Below are positions 20,090-32,654 of a stretch of 64,000 nucleotides of DNA, piece after piece. The stretch is from positions 11,374,550-11,438,549 of the forward strand of contig NC_090404.1 in the NCBI RefSeq assembly GCF_036365525.1, given 5' to 3'. The translations under genes and the position numbers were made by a program. The stretch is from Heterodontus francisci (lineage: Eukaryota). Under the pieces are notes generated by a model that worked only from the letters and a program-made list of their open reading frames with translations, searched no databases and had not been told where the DNA came from. Position 1 is the stretch's first letter. The number at the start of each line of letters is the position of its first letter.

Positions 20090-23000
20090 GAAAAGGGATG
20101 AAACCAGACTGACCTTCTGGCATCGACCGAGACATCAGAAATGACAACAGCAAAACCAGCCCTGTTGACCTTGCAAAGGCCTCCTTACTAACAGCTGGAC
20201 GCATGTACCAAAATTTGGGAGAGCTGTCCCACAGAGCAATGGCCTGACAGAGTCATACTCATGGAATCAAAACTTACAGGCAATGTCCTTGATGCCATTA
20301 TCGCCATCCCTGGACATGTCCTCTCCCAGCGGCAGGACAGACCCAGCAGAAGTGGCAGCACAGTGGTATACAGTTCAGAGGGAATTGCCCTGGAAGTTTT
20401 CAATTCCAGACACCATGATTCTCATGGCATCAAGTCAAAGGAAACCTCCTGCTGATTACTGCCTACCTCCCCTCAAACCCCCACCCTCCTCAGCAGATTA
20501 ATCAGTACTCCTCCATGTTGAATACCAATTGGAAGAAGCAATGAGGGTGGCAAGCGTATAAAATACTCTGGGGCTTCAATGTCTATTGCCAACAGTGGCT
20601 CGGTAGCACCACTTCTGACCGAGCTGGCTAAAAAACATAGCTGCTAGACTGGGTATGCGGCCGGTGGTGAAGGAACCAACAAGAGGGAAAATCATTGTTG
20701 ACCTCGTCCTCACCAATCTGCCTGCCGCAGATTTTTTTTTTTATTTCCAAAATATACTTTATTCATAAAAATCTGTAAAAATTACATTGCCAAACAGTTT
20801 CCAAACCGCACCAAAAAATACAAACATTGCAAGGGAGATCAGTTTCCTTCAATACTGTCATGAGTTTCTTCCCAACCCTTCCGTTTCACAATTGTCATGT
20901 CAATTACAGTTTTACATTTACAGCAATTGAGAATATTAACGATACAGTTCGAGGGGTTTCCCATGGATCCAGCCCCTCAGTCCAGCTTGGTGGGGGAACC
21001 TTACACTGTGGTCTTTCCCCATTGAGCCTTTGCTGTGGCTGCCCCAAGCTTTAGTGCGTCCCTCAGCACATAGTCCTGGACCTTGGAATGTGCCAGTCTG
21101 CAACATTCGGTGGTGGACAACTCTTTGCGCTGGAAGACCAGCAAGTTTCGGGCAGACCAAAGGGCGTCTTTCACCGAATTGATAGTCCTCCAGCAGCAGT
21201 TGATGTTTGTCTCGGTGTGCGTCCCTGGGAACAGCCCGTAGAGCACAGACTCCTGTGTTACAGAGCTGCTTGGGATGAACCTTGACAAAAACCACTGCAT
21301 CTCTTTCCACACCTGCTTTGCAAAGGCACATTCCAGGAGGAGGTGGGTGACCGTCTCTTCCCCACCACAGCCAACGCGGGGGCACTGGGCGGAGGGGGCG
21401 AGACTTCGGGTGTGCATGAAGGATCTGACGGGGAGGGCCCTTCTCACCACCAGCCAAGCTACGTCTTGGTGCTTGTTTGAAAGTTCTGGTGATGAGGCAT
21501 TCCGCCAAATGACTTTGACGGTCTGCTCGGGGAACCATCCGACAGGATCCACCATTTCCTTTTCCCGTAGGGCCTTGAGGACATTCCGTGCAGACCACTG
21601 CCTGATGGACCGGTGGTCAAAGGTGTTTTCCCGCAGAAACTGTTCCACGAAGGACAGGTGGTACGGCACGTCCCAACTGCACGGAGCGTTCCGCGGCAAT
21701 GTGACCAGGCCCATCCTTCGCAACACCGGGGACAGATAGAACCTCAGCACGTAGTGACACTTGGAGTTTGCGTACTGGGGATCTACACACAGCTTGATGC
21801 AGCCGCACACGAAGGTGGTCATCAGGATGAGGGCCGCGTTGGGTACATTTTTCCCGCCCTTGTCCAGAGATTTGAACATCGTGTCCCTCCGGACCCGGTC
21901 CATTTTAGATCCCCAGACGAAGCGGAAAATGGCTCGGGTGACTGCCACGGCGCAGGAGTGGGGTATGGGCCAGACCTGCGCCATGTACAGCAACAACGTG
22001 AGCGCCTCGCACCTGATGACCAGGTTCTTACCCACAATGGAGAGAGATCGCTGCCCCCACATGCCCAACTTTTGTCGTACCTTGGCTACTCGCTCCTCCC
22101 ATGTTTTGGTGCACGCCCCGGCCCTTCCGAACCATATCCCCAGCACCTTCAGGTAGTCTGACCTGACAGTGAAGGGGACAAAGGATCGGTCAGCCCAGTT
22201 GCCAAAGAACATGGCCTCGCTCTTGCCGTGGTTAACTTTGGCTCCCGAGGCCAGTTCGAACTGGTCGCAGATGCTCATCAGTCTGCGCACGGACAGCGGA
22301 TCCGAGCAGAAAACGGCGACGTCATCCATGTACAGGGAGGTTTTGACCTGAGTGCCTCCACTGCCTGGGATTGTCACCCCTCTTATGCTCGCATCCTTCC
22401 TAATAGACTCAGCAAAGGGTTCAATACAGCAAACAAACAAGACCGAGGAGAGAGGACAGCCCTGTCTGACTCCAGATTTGATCGGGAAACTTTCCGATTC
22501 CCACCCATTGATTGAGACTGCGCTACTGATGTTTGTGTAGAGCAGTTGGATCCAATTGCAGATTCCCTCCCCAAACCCCATTTTAGAAAGCACGTCCATC
22601 ATGTAGGTGTGCGATATCCTGTCAAAAGCCTTCTCCTGGTCCAGGCTGATGAGACAGGTGTCCACCCTCCTGTCCCGTACGTAGGCGATCGTATCCCTGA
22701 GTAGCGCGAGACTATCAGAGATCTTCCTGCCGGGTACAGTACAGGTCTGATCGGGGTGAATCACCAACTCCAGAGCAGACTTGACTCGACTGGCTATGAC
22801 TTTGGACAGAATCTTGTAATCAGCATTAAGCAGTGAGATGGGCCGCCAATTTCTGATTTCTGCCCTCTCCCCCTTCTGCTTGTAAATGAGGGTGATGATG
22901 CCTTTTCTCATGGATTCTGACATGCTGCTGGCCAGGAGCATACTCTCGTATACTTCCAGCAGGTCCGGGCCGACCCAGTCCCACAGGGCCGAGTACAACT

Positions 23001-24112
23001 CGACCGGTAAGCCGTCGCTCCCGGGAGTTTTACTCATCTCGAAAGACTCGACGGCATTTGTCAGCTCGTCCAGAGTTAGCGGCTTGTCCAGTCCCTCCCT
23101 CCTGCTGTCATCTAAGACCTCTGTGATAGATGACAGGAAGGACTGGGAGGCTCTGCTGTCTGTGGGCTTCGCGTCATACAGCCCAGCATAAAAGGATTTG
23201 CTGATCCTGAGTATGTCGGGCTGCGAAGACGTTACCGAGCCATCTTCTTCCTTCAGGCTGCTGATAACAGAGCTCTCTCTGTGTACCTTTTGGAAGAAGT
23301 AACGCGAGCACGTCTCATCCTGCTCGATGGAGTGGACTCTGGACCGGAAGATGATCTTGGAGGCCTCCTTGGCAAAGAGTGAGGCCTGCTGGCTCTTCAC
23401 CTCTTGGAGGTCCTCCTTGACCTCGACCCCCATTGACTGCAACCGGAGTAGATTTTGCATAATTTTCTGGAGTCGGGACAGTTCCCTCTGTCTCTCTCTC
23501 GCCTTCTGAACACCTTTGTGGATGAAGAACCTCTTGATGTTCTCCTTAATCGCTTCCCACCAGTGAACTGGAGACTCAAAGAGGGGTTTCACGGTCCTCC
23601 AACCTTTGTAATCCCTTTTGAGTTCCTCAACGTTCTCTGGGGTCAGCAGTGTCGCATTGAGCTTCCACGTCCCTCTGCCAACCCGCTGGTCGTCCTGTAA
23701 GTGACAGTCGGCCAGTAAGAGGCAGTGGTCGGAGAAGAACACCGGCTTGACGTCGGTGGATCCGACCGTGACAGCACGGGACACAAACAGGAAGTCAATC
23801 CTGGAACGGGCAGACCCGTCCGATCTTGACCATGTGTATCTGCGCTGCGCTCCGTCTGCAGGTTTGCTGAAGACGTCGTGCAGTTTGGCATCCTTAATTG
23901 TTTCTATTAGGAATCTGGACGTAGCGTCCAGTTTGCTGTCGTCACTGCCGGATCGTCCAGCCGCATCGATGATGCAGTTGAAGTCACCGCCTAGGATGAC
24001 CGCAGATGCATCTGTCTTTGACAGTATTGGTAGGAGTGACTATCACACAGTCCTTGTGGAGACAAATTTACATCTTCACATTGAGGATACACTTCATCGT
24101 GTTGTGTGGCGC
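20090..24112 (+). mobile_element. Host L2/Crack-like LINE endonuclease fragment, split by the Tx1 insertion
   Basis: IPGHVLSQRQDR...PTRGKIIVDLVLTNLP before the insertion and SIGRSDYHTVLVE after it; continuous once the insertion is removed. Confidence 0.65.
20733..24000 (-). mobile_element. Tx1/L1-clade LINE, 5'-truncated, ORF2 frame intact (open 24000-21001)
   Basis: GGDFNC and SDH endonuclease motifs, RT motifs QGCPLS/YMDD, C-terminal CxxxxC..H..C knuckle, AATAAA plus poly(A). TSD CGCAGAT at 20726-20732 and 24001-24007. Confidence 0.95.
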
Positions 24113-24475
24113 TAAAGGGTGGCGCAGTGGTTAGCACTGTGTGAGGGGATGTGCGAGGCAAGTTCTTTGCACAGAAGTTGGTGAGTGCCTGGAACTTGCT
24201 GCTGGGGGAGGCAGTGGAAGCAGGTACAATGGCGACGTTTAAGAGGCATCTTGACAAATACATGAATAGGATGGGAATCGAGGGATATGGGTCCCAGAAG
24301 AGCAGAAGGTTTTTGTTTGGGCAGGCATCAAGATCGGCGCAGGCTTGGAGGGTCGAATGGCCTGTTCCTGTGCTGTATTGTTCTTTGTTCTAACACTCTC
24401 CTGTAATAAATACTGACACTCCTCTTTTCTCCCCACTCTGCCCACTGCTCCATTCACCTTGTCACATTGAGGCAG

Positions 24476-25015
24476 TGTTTTTGTACGAGGCTCCCTCTGG
24501 TTCCTGTCACTGTGTCTCTCAGCCCGCAGTAATACATTGCGCTGTCAGACAGCCGCAGGTCGCGGATGGTGAAATTCTGCTCACTTTTCAAAGTGTCGAG
24601 AGATGCAGAAAATCGATCCTCCACACTCTCTGCTCTGTAGTTGGGGATGTAAATGAGGAATGTGGGGCCTTTATCCCGGTCCTGATAGTACAGTTGTAAG
24701 GAATAGGAAGTAGCAGTGGTCGAATAGCTGTAATTAATGGTCAGCGAGTCTCCTTCAAACTGCATCGCTGTAACCGGCCCCTGTGAGATCGAGTCTGCAC
24801 CACTAACACCTGCAGAAATTTAGAAATACAGAACTTTAAGGTTCTGTTATCATTTAAATTCTAACTAAAATCATCAGGCAACTGAATACATTTTAAATCG
24901 AAATCACAATTAAAAGGCGAATGATGCCTGAAAGAGGAAGATTGTGTAACTTGTAAACTTTACCCGTTAAGAGAGCTGCAGCTGTGAGGAACGAATACAA
25001 AGTAACAAGCAACAT
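24476..25015 (-). CDS. TCR alpha/delta-type V segment, copy B (leader 25015-24964, V exon 24809-24515, 23-RSS 24514-24476); lacks Cys23/Trp41
   Basis: MLLVTLYSFLTAAALLT / ...TINYSYS...LQLYYQ...SDSAMYYCGLRD, then CACAGTG-23-ACAAAAACA. Confidence 0.9.
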
Positions 25016-25153
25016 GTTTGCAGAGAGTTGATGGCGGGTTTGAACAGAACTGGTGGAATCTGAAATTGTTTCAGTCAAGAGGTGGGAAGATTCACTTCCG
25101 GTCTCTCTACCGATTGGTTCATTCCTGAAACAGTCAATAGATGATGGCCAATC

Positions 25154-26060
25154 GCAGGAGGTGTAATACCTGCCCATTTACCTCCTCTCTCCTCACTATC
25201 CCAGGCCCCAAACACTCCTTTGAGGTGAAGCAGCGATTTACTTGTACTTCTTTCAATTTAGTATACTGTATTCGCTGCTCACAGTGTGGTCTCCTCTACA
25301 TTGGGGAGACCAAGCGCAGACTGGGTGACCGCTTTGCGGAACATCTCCGCTCAGTCCGCAAGCAGGACCCTAAGCTTCTGGTTGCTTGCCATTTCAACAC
25401 TCCCCCCTGCTCTCATGCTCACATCTCTGTCCTGGGATTGCTGCAGTGTTCCAGTGAACATCAACGCAAGCTCGAGGAACAGCATCTCATCTACCGATTT
25501 GGCACACTACAGCCTGCCGGACTGCACATTGAGTTCAATAATTTCAGAGCATGACAGCCCCCCATTTTACTTTCATTTTTAGTTATTTTTTCTTCCTTTT
25601 TTTTTACATTCCTTTTTACATATTTTACAATCTTTTTTTGCATTTATTTCATTTCATCTTAGTTTGTTCAGTTTGCTTACCCGCTGTTTTTTTCAGGTTG
25701 TTTTTCTTCAGGTTTGCACTTGCTGCTGTTCAATATTCAGTGTATTCACACCTAATCTGTACTAATGCTTTGTCATTCAACACACATTAACATATTGTTT
25801 GCCTTTGCTCCGTGACCTTTTGGTCAGCTATTTGGCCAGGTCCAATCTGCACCTTCTCCTTTTTTATCTCTTGCCCAACCCCCACCTCACTTGTTTATAA
25901 TCTGTGACTTTTCTAATATTTATCAGTTCCGAAGAAGGGTCACTGACCCGAAACGTTAACTCTGCTTCTCTTTTCACAGATGCTGCCAGACCTGCTGAGT
26001 GATTCCAGCATTTCTTGTTTCTGTTTCAGATTTCCAGCATCCGCAGTATTTTGCTTTTAT
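25154..26060 (+). mobile_element. Penelope-like retroelement 3' part (GIY-YIG endonuclease + pLTR with hammerhead motif)
   Basis: NLVYCIRCSQCGLLYIGETKRRL. 18-bp TSD AATAGATGATGGCCAATC at 25136-25153 and 26061-26078; absent from copy A. Confidence 0.93.
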
Positions 26061-26337
26061 AATAGATGATGGCCAATCAGTTCAAGATCTTTTGTTCTCA
26101 AATTTATCCAATCAGCTCACGGTTTCTTTGCTCTCCGATTTCATGACGTCAGAGCGGGAAGCGGGAAATGAGTGAAATTGTTCCCCTGACAATAGGGAAC
26201 TGGACGAGAATTAAACTAAATGTTGGCCTTTAACAGTTTTGGTCAGTCTGTGACTGACATAGCGTCTGCAATACACAAATGTGTCATTCGGCCTAACTGG
26301 TCTTTCATTTGGTTCCCGTCCAACTATCTGTTAACAA

Positions 26338-26461
26338 CAAAAACAAGAAATGCTGGAATCACTCAGCAGGTCTGGCAGCATCTGTGGAAAGAGAAGCAGA
26401 GTTAACGTTTCGGGTCAGTGACCCTTCTTCGGAACTGCATCCGCAGTATTTTGCTTTTATT
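26338..26461 (-). mobile_element. Short inverted Penelope pLTR insertion
   Basis: Reverse complement of ~25924-26025 plus a short forward tail. 13-bp TSD TATCTGTTAACAA at 26325-26337 and 26462-26474. Confidence 0.88.
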
Positions 26462-26512
26462 TATCTGTTAACAATGCAAGTCCCAGATATGATTCAGTGA
26501 GAGTCCTTTTAT

Positions 26513-26984
26513 GGTTTTAATATGGACTGATTGCCCCTCTGGAACAGTGTGGGGTTCAGTGCAAAGTGATACACGGCAGAGTCAGAGACAAGTGCCTGGC
26601 AACTTTTAAAGGAACAGTTTTCTTTCCTTTTTCCAAAACTGCAGAGAATCGATCGGGAAATCTTGAGACATCTTCCTGCCCCATGCTGTATTTCCTCAGT
26701 AAATATCTCGGAGCTTCAGCGGGATACTGGATGTACCAGAAGAGGTAGGGAATGTTACTTGATGTGGAGTTACTGCAGTTCACTATTATAGTCTGTCCTT
26801 CTTGAATGGTTAATTCAGGTGCAGTCTGGGACACGAAGTCTCTTCCATTCGTTCCTGCAGCATAAACACACAAGGTGTCAAAATTTTGGGAGTAATTATA
26901 ACCCATGGAACACACACTGACCAGTTAATGACAGACTCACTGGGCAGCAGGACTACTATTATCACTAAGGAACATGGAGAGCAT
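26513..26984 (-). pseudogene. TCR alpha/delta-type V pseudogene (second family), copy B, with 23-RSS
   Basis: GTNGRDFVSQTAPELTIQEGQTIIVNCSNST...LFWYIQYP...; FR3 frameshift; YHF in place of YYC. RSS is CACACTG (26551-26545), 23 nt, ATTAAAACC. Confidence 0.88.
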
Positions 26985-27216
26985 CCGGTGTCTGGTTTAG
27001 AGTCCAACGGAAAATAATATTATGTTTTAATTGTGTTGAACTTTCCAGTCTGATATTGGAGAATAAACTCAGATAATGGGGAGAGTTCATTTGACAGGAT
27101 TGGCTGCTCTCAGAACTGACAACAGATGTGCGCCAAACAGTGTGAGCTGTGGTCCAGTTACTCATGTCTCCCAACAAAACAAACCCTATCCTTGCCAAGC
27201 TGTGTGAGTGAATCTT

Positions 27217-27321
27217 TAATAAAAAAATAAGAAATTCTGGAATCACTCAGCAGGTCTGGCAGCATCTTGTGAAAAGAGAAGCAGAGTTAACGTTTCGGGT
27301 CAGTGACCCTTCTTCGGAACT
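27217..27321 (-). mobile_element. Third Penelope pLTR fragment insertion
   Basis: Same sequence as 26338-26436; absent at the matching position (~2310) in copy A. Confidence 0.85.
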
Positions 27322-27478
27322 CTTCCCTCTTTGTTTCTCTTTCTCTCCCTCTGGCTCGAAGTGTTGGCGTAACACGATATGTTTAAATTGGCCTCTGTTG
27401 CTCTTTGCCTCTCTACGTGCGTGTCCCTCTGACTATCTGTGTGTGTATGTCCAGGTCTCACTCACTTTGTTTAACTCA

Positions 27479-29480
27479 ATTAGGTCATGGCTGATCATCT
27501 ACCTCAATACTACTTTCCCGCACTATCCCCATACCCCTGATATCATTAGTATCCAGATATCTCTTGATTTCTGTCTTGAGCATGCTCAATGATTGAGCTT
27601 CCACAGCCCTCTCGGGTACAGAATCCCGAAGATTCACCACTCTCTGAGTTAAAGAATTTCTCCTCATCTCAGTCTTAAATGGCCAGCCCTTCTGAGACAA
27701 TGTCCCCTGCTTCTATAATTACCAGCCAGGGGAAACATCCCATCTACATCCACCCTGTCACGCCCAGTAAGAATTTTGTAAGTTTCAATGAGATTACCTC
27801 TCATTCTTTGAAACTCTAGCGAATACAGGCCATTTCCTCAATCTCTCCTCATCAGACAACCTCGTTATCCCAGGGATTAGTCTGGTGAACCTCCACTGCA
27901 CTCCCTCTGTGGCAAATATATACTTACTTCCTTCTATAAGGAGACCAAAACTGTACACAATACCCCAGGCACGGTCTCATCGAGGCTCCATAGAATTGCA
28001 GCAAGACTTCTTTACTCCAGTTTTCAAATCCCCTTGCAATGAAGGCTAACATACAATTTCCTTCCTAATTGCTTGTTGCACCTGCATGCTAGCTTTTAGT
28101 GACTCGAACAAGGACACCAGGTCCCTTTGGATATCAACAATTCCCACCTCACCATTTAAGAAATACTCCGTCTTTCTGTTTTTTTTCTCTACCAAAGTGG
28201 ATAACTTCACACTTATTTACATTATATTCTATCTGCCATGTTCTTGGTCATTCACTTAACCTGTCCAAGTCCCCTTGAAGCCTCCTTGCATCCTCCTCAC
28301 AGCCTACATTCCCACCTAGTTTAGTGTCATCAGCAAATTTGGAAATATTATATTTGGTCCCCACATCCAAGTCATTTATCTAGATTGCGAAGAGCTGCGG
28401 TCCCAGCACTGATCCTTGCGGTAGCCCATTAGCAACAGCCCACCGTCCTTAGAACGACCTATTTATTCCTGCTCTCTGTTTCTGTCTGTTAACCAATTCT
28501 CAATTCATAGCAGTATCTTACCCCCAATCCCATGTGCTTTAATTTTGTTAACTAACCTCCTGTGTGAGACCTTATCAAAAGACTTCTGAAAATCCAAATG
28601 CACCACATCCATTGGTTCTCCTTTATCTCTGCTACAAGTAAGATCCACAAATAAACTCCAACAGGTTTGTCAAATATGATTTCCCTTTCATAATTCCATG
28701 TTGGCTCTACCCAATCATATCATTATTTCCTAAGTGTCTAGTTATCACATCCTTTAGAAAAGATTATAATATTTTCCCTATTACTGATGTCAAACTAACA
28801 ATTCCCCGTTTTCTCTTTCTCTCCTTTCTTAAATAGTGGGGTTACATTTGCTACTTTCCAGTCTGCAGGAACCTTTGCAGAATCTATAGAATTTTGAAAG
28901 ATAATCACCAATGCATCCACTATCTCTATAGCCACATCCTTCAACACTCTGGGCTGTAGCTTCATCTGATCCAGGGGATTTATCAACCTTCAATCCAACT
29001 AATTTTTCAAATACTACCTTTTATTAATACTAATTTCGTTCAGTTCCTTATTTTCACAAGTCCCTTAGTTCCCTAGTATTTCTGGGAGATTTTCTGTACC
29101 TTACTCTGTGAAAACAGACACAAAGTAATTGGTTAGTTTCTCCGCCATTTCCCTATTCTCCATTATAAATTCTCCTGTCTCTGTCTGTAATGGACCCACA
29201 TTTTGTTCTTGCTAATCTTTCCCTTTTCACATACCGAACGAAGCTTTTACAGTCTGCCTTTATGTTTCTCGCTAGCTTGCATTTATATTCTCTTTTCCCT
29301 TTATCAGTTTCTTGGTCATTCTTTGCTGGATTCTAAATTGCTCCCAATCCTCAGGCTTACCACTTTTTCTGGCAACCTTATAAGCCCCTTCCTTTGATCT
29401 CATGCAATCTTTAACTTGTTTTGTTAGACACCGTTGATTCATATTTCCGGTTAGGTTTTTGTGTCTTAGAGAAATGTATA
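27479..29480 (-). mobile_element. Degraded CR1 LINE ORF2
   Basis: PRVLKDVA...DWKVANVTPLFKKG and 3' tail motifs on the minus strand. Confidence 0.85.
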
Positions 29481-29489
29481 TTTATAATG

Positions 29490-30160
29490 TTGGCACCGTC
29501 AGAAAGTCTCAATGACCTAAAGGCTCCTGTTAAATACATTTCCTGAGTGGATTTAAATTTAAACGGGGTTTACAGGCATGATATTCTATTCACATATTGA
29601 AGATGAGAGACCTGTGGTGACACATGCTAAGTCCAGTAGGTGAAAGTGATTAACAGATTGGATCTTGTGTTTAGTGATCCTGGGCATGTTACCGACACCT
29701 TTCCTGGATAGCAAAGCGAGAACAGGCATTCTGGAAGGGATAGGGAATTAGGACCTGTCTGTGAGAAAAGGCCCAAAAATGGAGCAGTCAGTAACAGGAC
29801 TGCTATCTTGGAGAAATTAAAGAGCTGACAAACTGTGTTTGAATCAACATTAATTCATTTGAGAATTATTTGAATATTAAACTCCAGCCCAGTTATAGGG
29901 GTTATTAACATCAGAAATAAATCCCAGCTATCAGAATGAACATGACTCAGTCCTGGATGTGATTCACAACAGCAATTACAGCAGAATCCCCAATCCCTGC
30001 TGTGACTTGTGAACTCGCTGGTATTTCAGCAGGTGGGATGAATGAGTGAATCCCTTCCCACACATGGAGCAGATGAATGGTCTCTCCCTAGAGTGGGTGT
30101 TTCAGCAGATCCTTTTTTAAAGCCCTTCTCACAGTCATAACATGTAAAAGGTGAATCCCT
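29490..30160 (-). pseudogene. ZNF gene remnant (last finger and 3' flank)
   Basis: Minus strand [25 protein letters not shown]; the flank is homologous to 38905-39420. Confidence 0.75.
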
Positions 30161-30162
30161 TC

Positions 30163-30656
30163 TGTAAGAGTTCTGGGTCTTATTAACTCGAACTATGAGT
30201 ATTTACCCAATTAATATTTATTTGTCCTTTTGAGACAATAACAATACAGGCAATAAGATAATCTGGTGTTGTAATATCAGGAAATATTAAGTAACAAAAG
30301 TAATACTTATCAAAAGTTAGGTAGCAACTTTATTGGCTCAATGTGGGTCTTGCCACCTGTTTCAGCCTTGGGCACAAGTCGACACATGGTCCCCTCTCTC
30401 TCTCTCTCTCTCTCTCACGTTGGGTATGCAGCGTCCAACTTCACAATCTGCGCCGTGTTGCTGGCAGCGAATCTTTTTAACCTTTTCTGGTGCACTGGCT
30501 ATGCTCATGATCAGTGGCGTTCCCAGCCTCTGATTGGTTCAGGCAGTGCGTGATCAGCCTCTGATTGGTTCTTTAGAGTGGCAGTCACTTGCGGATGTCA
30601 CTTTTTGATTGACACCCGAGGGAACCAATCACCTGCAGAAGAGTACCCTCATTACA
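30163..30656 (-). mobile_element. Possible LTR
   Basis: TGTAA...TTACA termini. On the minus strand the order is CCAAT boxes, TA-rich box, AATAAA (30334-30329). No TSD found. Confidence 0.3.
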
Positions 30657-31539
30657 GCTGTTTTTGGTCCTTTCATTAAATTTAATGGTTTACTAATAAG
30701 ATTCTATGGTGCCTTGTGATATGCAGTACCCATCATTATACAATGGCACATTACACAGCCTCAAGATTAATACAGAAATTACAAAACTACTTCATGCATA
30801 AAACCTACATAACATGTAAGAAAGCAGCATATAAAGACAATCAGCGTGTAAAGATGTTGTAACAAGATACACTTATGAAATACAGCAGGATACACTCAAT
30901 GAATCCAGGCTCATAAGCAACAAGAGTAAAAGGAAAAAAAACCAAAATAACTACAAAACTAATTACAGAACTTAATTTTTAAGCTGACAGAATCAAAGTT
31001 CTATAATCCAAAGGAAAGTGGTTGACTCTTTTTAAGGCATTACTATGCAATTAACAAGTCTTACACAAAGAACTGGCTAATTTAAAACACAGAATTCAAG
31101 GCTGAAGGCTCTGACAGTTGTTTTATGTATCAGGTATACCTTACAAGTTTTAATGGTTAGGGAGTTTGTGTCCGGACACTGGACTATTCAACCTTGACTG
31201 TCTTCACAGCAATAACTCTGATTAAACCACAAACTGTAGTTTTACATGTAGGCCTAGGCCATGTGGTATGTTTCACCTGTCAGATAAGAATGCAGCTACA
31301 TCTTCACAGATAAAGATGCAGTCACATGGGAACAGTGTCTGACATTGATTACTATTATGTAGAATATAACACATAGTTAATTGATGAATATAATTCGATT
31401 ACTGCAGTATGGCAAATAACTGGACAAGCTAGTTATTAAACAAGATTTTGACTACAAACTGAGAGGGACTGACTTCTCGGCTCCACTCAAACCTATCCAA
31501 TCATAACCAAAGAATCTCCAGCAATGGCTTCTCTTTTCA

Positions 31540-32250
31540 CCCAGTTACCTTTGGAGTTTCCCAAGGATCTATCAATGGCCCCTTCTATCCCTCATCTATC
31601 TGCTGCACCTTGGTACCATCATCCAAAGACATGACATCAGGTTCGACATGTACACTGATGACACCCATCTCCACCTCACCACCACCTCTCTCGACCCCTC
31701 TATTCTAATGCTCTCTGACTAACCTCCATCCTGCTTAAACTGAGCTCATCCAAATTCTGCTGCATTTTACCCCAACCATTATAAAGTCCCACTCATCCAT
31801 CACTACTGTGCTCACTGACCTACAATGGCTCCAGGTCCACTAATGCCTCCAGTTTAAAATTCTCATCTCGGGTTCAAATCCCTTCAAGGCCTCACCCCTC
31901 CCTATATCTGTAACCTCCTCCAGCCGTATCAGCTCTCAGAGAACTCTGCATTCCTCCAACTCTGGCCTCTTACACATCCCTCACTCTCTCTGTCCCATTG
32001 GCTATGCCTTCAGTCATTGGACCTAAGCTCTGGAATTCCCTCCCGATACCTCTCTGACAGTCCACATCTCTCCTCCTTTAAGACCCTCCTAAAGACCTAC
32101 GTCTTTGACCAGGCTTTTAGTCAGCCCTCCTAATATCCCCTTCTTTAGCTCCATGTCAATTTTTGTCTGACTTGTCAGTTTAAGCTTCTGAGATGCACCT
32201 TGGGACACTTTTACCTTAAAGGTGCAATGTAGAGGACAGTTGTTTTTAAA
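31540..32250 (+). mobile_element. Old L2 LINE fragment
   Basis: YTDDTHLHL RT motif, ITTVLTDLQWL, and an L2-type 3' end. Confidence 0.65.
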
Positions 32251-32654
32251 ATTACATTACAACAGACTGGGGAAGCTGGTATTTAAATAATATCTGGGTA
32301 CACGGAGTTAGGTTGCAGATCAGCCATGATCTCATTGAATGGCAGAACAGGCTCGAGGGGCTAAATGGCCAACTCCTGTTCCAATGTCCCGAATAAACTT
32401 GGACTCAAACACAGCTGATGAATGGAAAGTCATGGGAGAACTGGGGAGAAGGCAGTGCAACAGGAAACCAGCTCTTGAGCAGAGTTAGAGAGTGCGGGAC
32501 GTCTAGGGAGAAATTTCAGAGGAACTGGAATCGGCCATTAAACCCATCGAGCCTGCTGCACCATTCAATTAGATCCTGAATGATGAATTAATTATCAACA
32601 GAAACAAACCCCAACTATCAGAATAAACAGGTTCAGTCCTGTATGTGATTTTTA

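Larger units (their letters stand above)
24143..27478 (+). repeat. Segmental duplicate of ~289-2530
   Basis: Colinear near-identical sequence (CR1 tail, V1, promoter, V2) plus three extra Penelope insertions. Confidence 0.95.

Noticed and set aside
20936-23891. Many overlapping or antisense ORFs inside Tx1 and the CR1 copies
   Set aside because: Shadow frames of retroelement ORF2.
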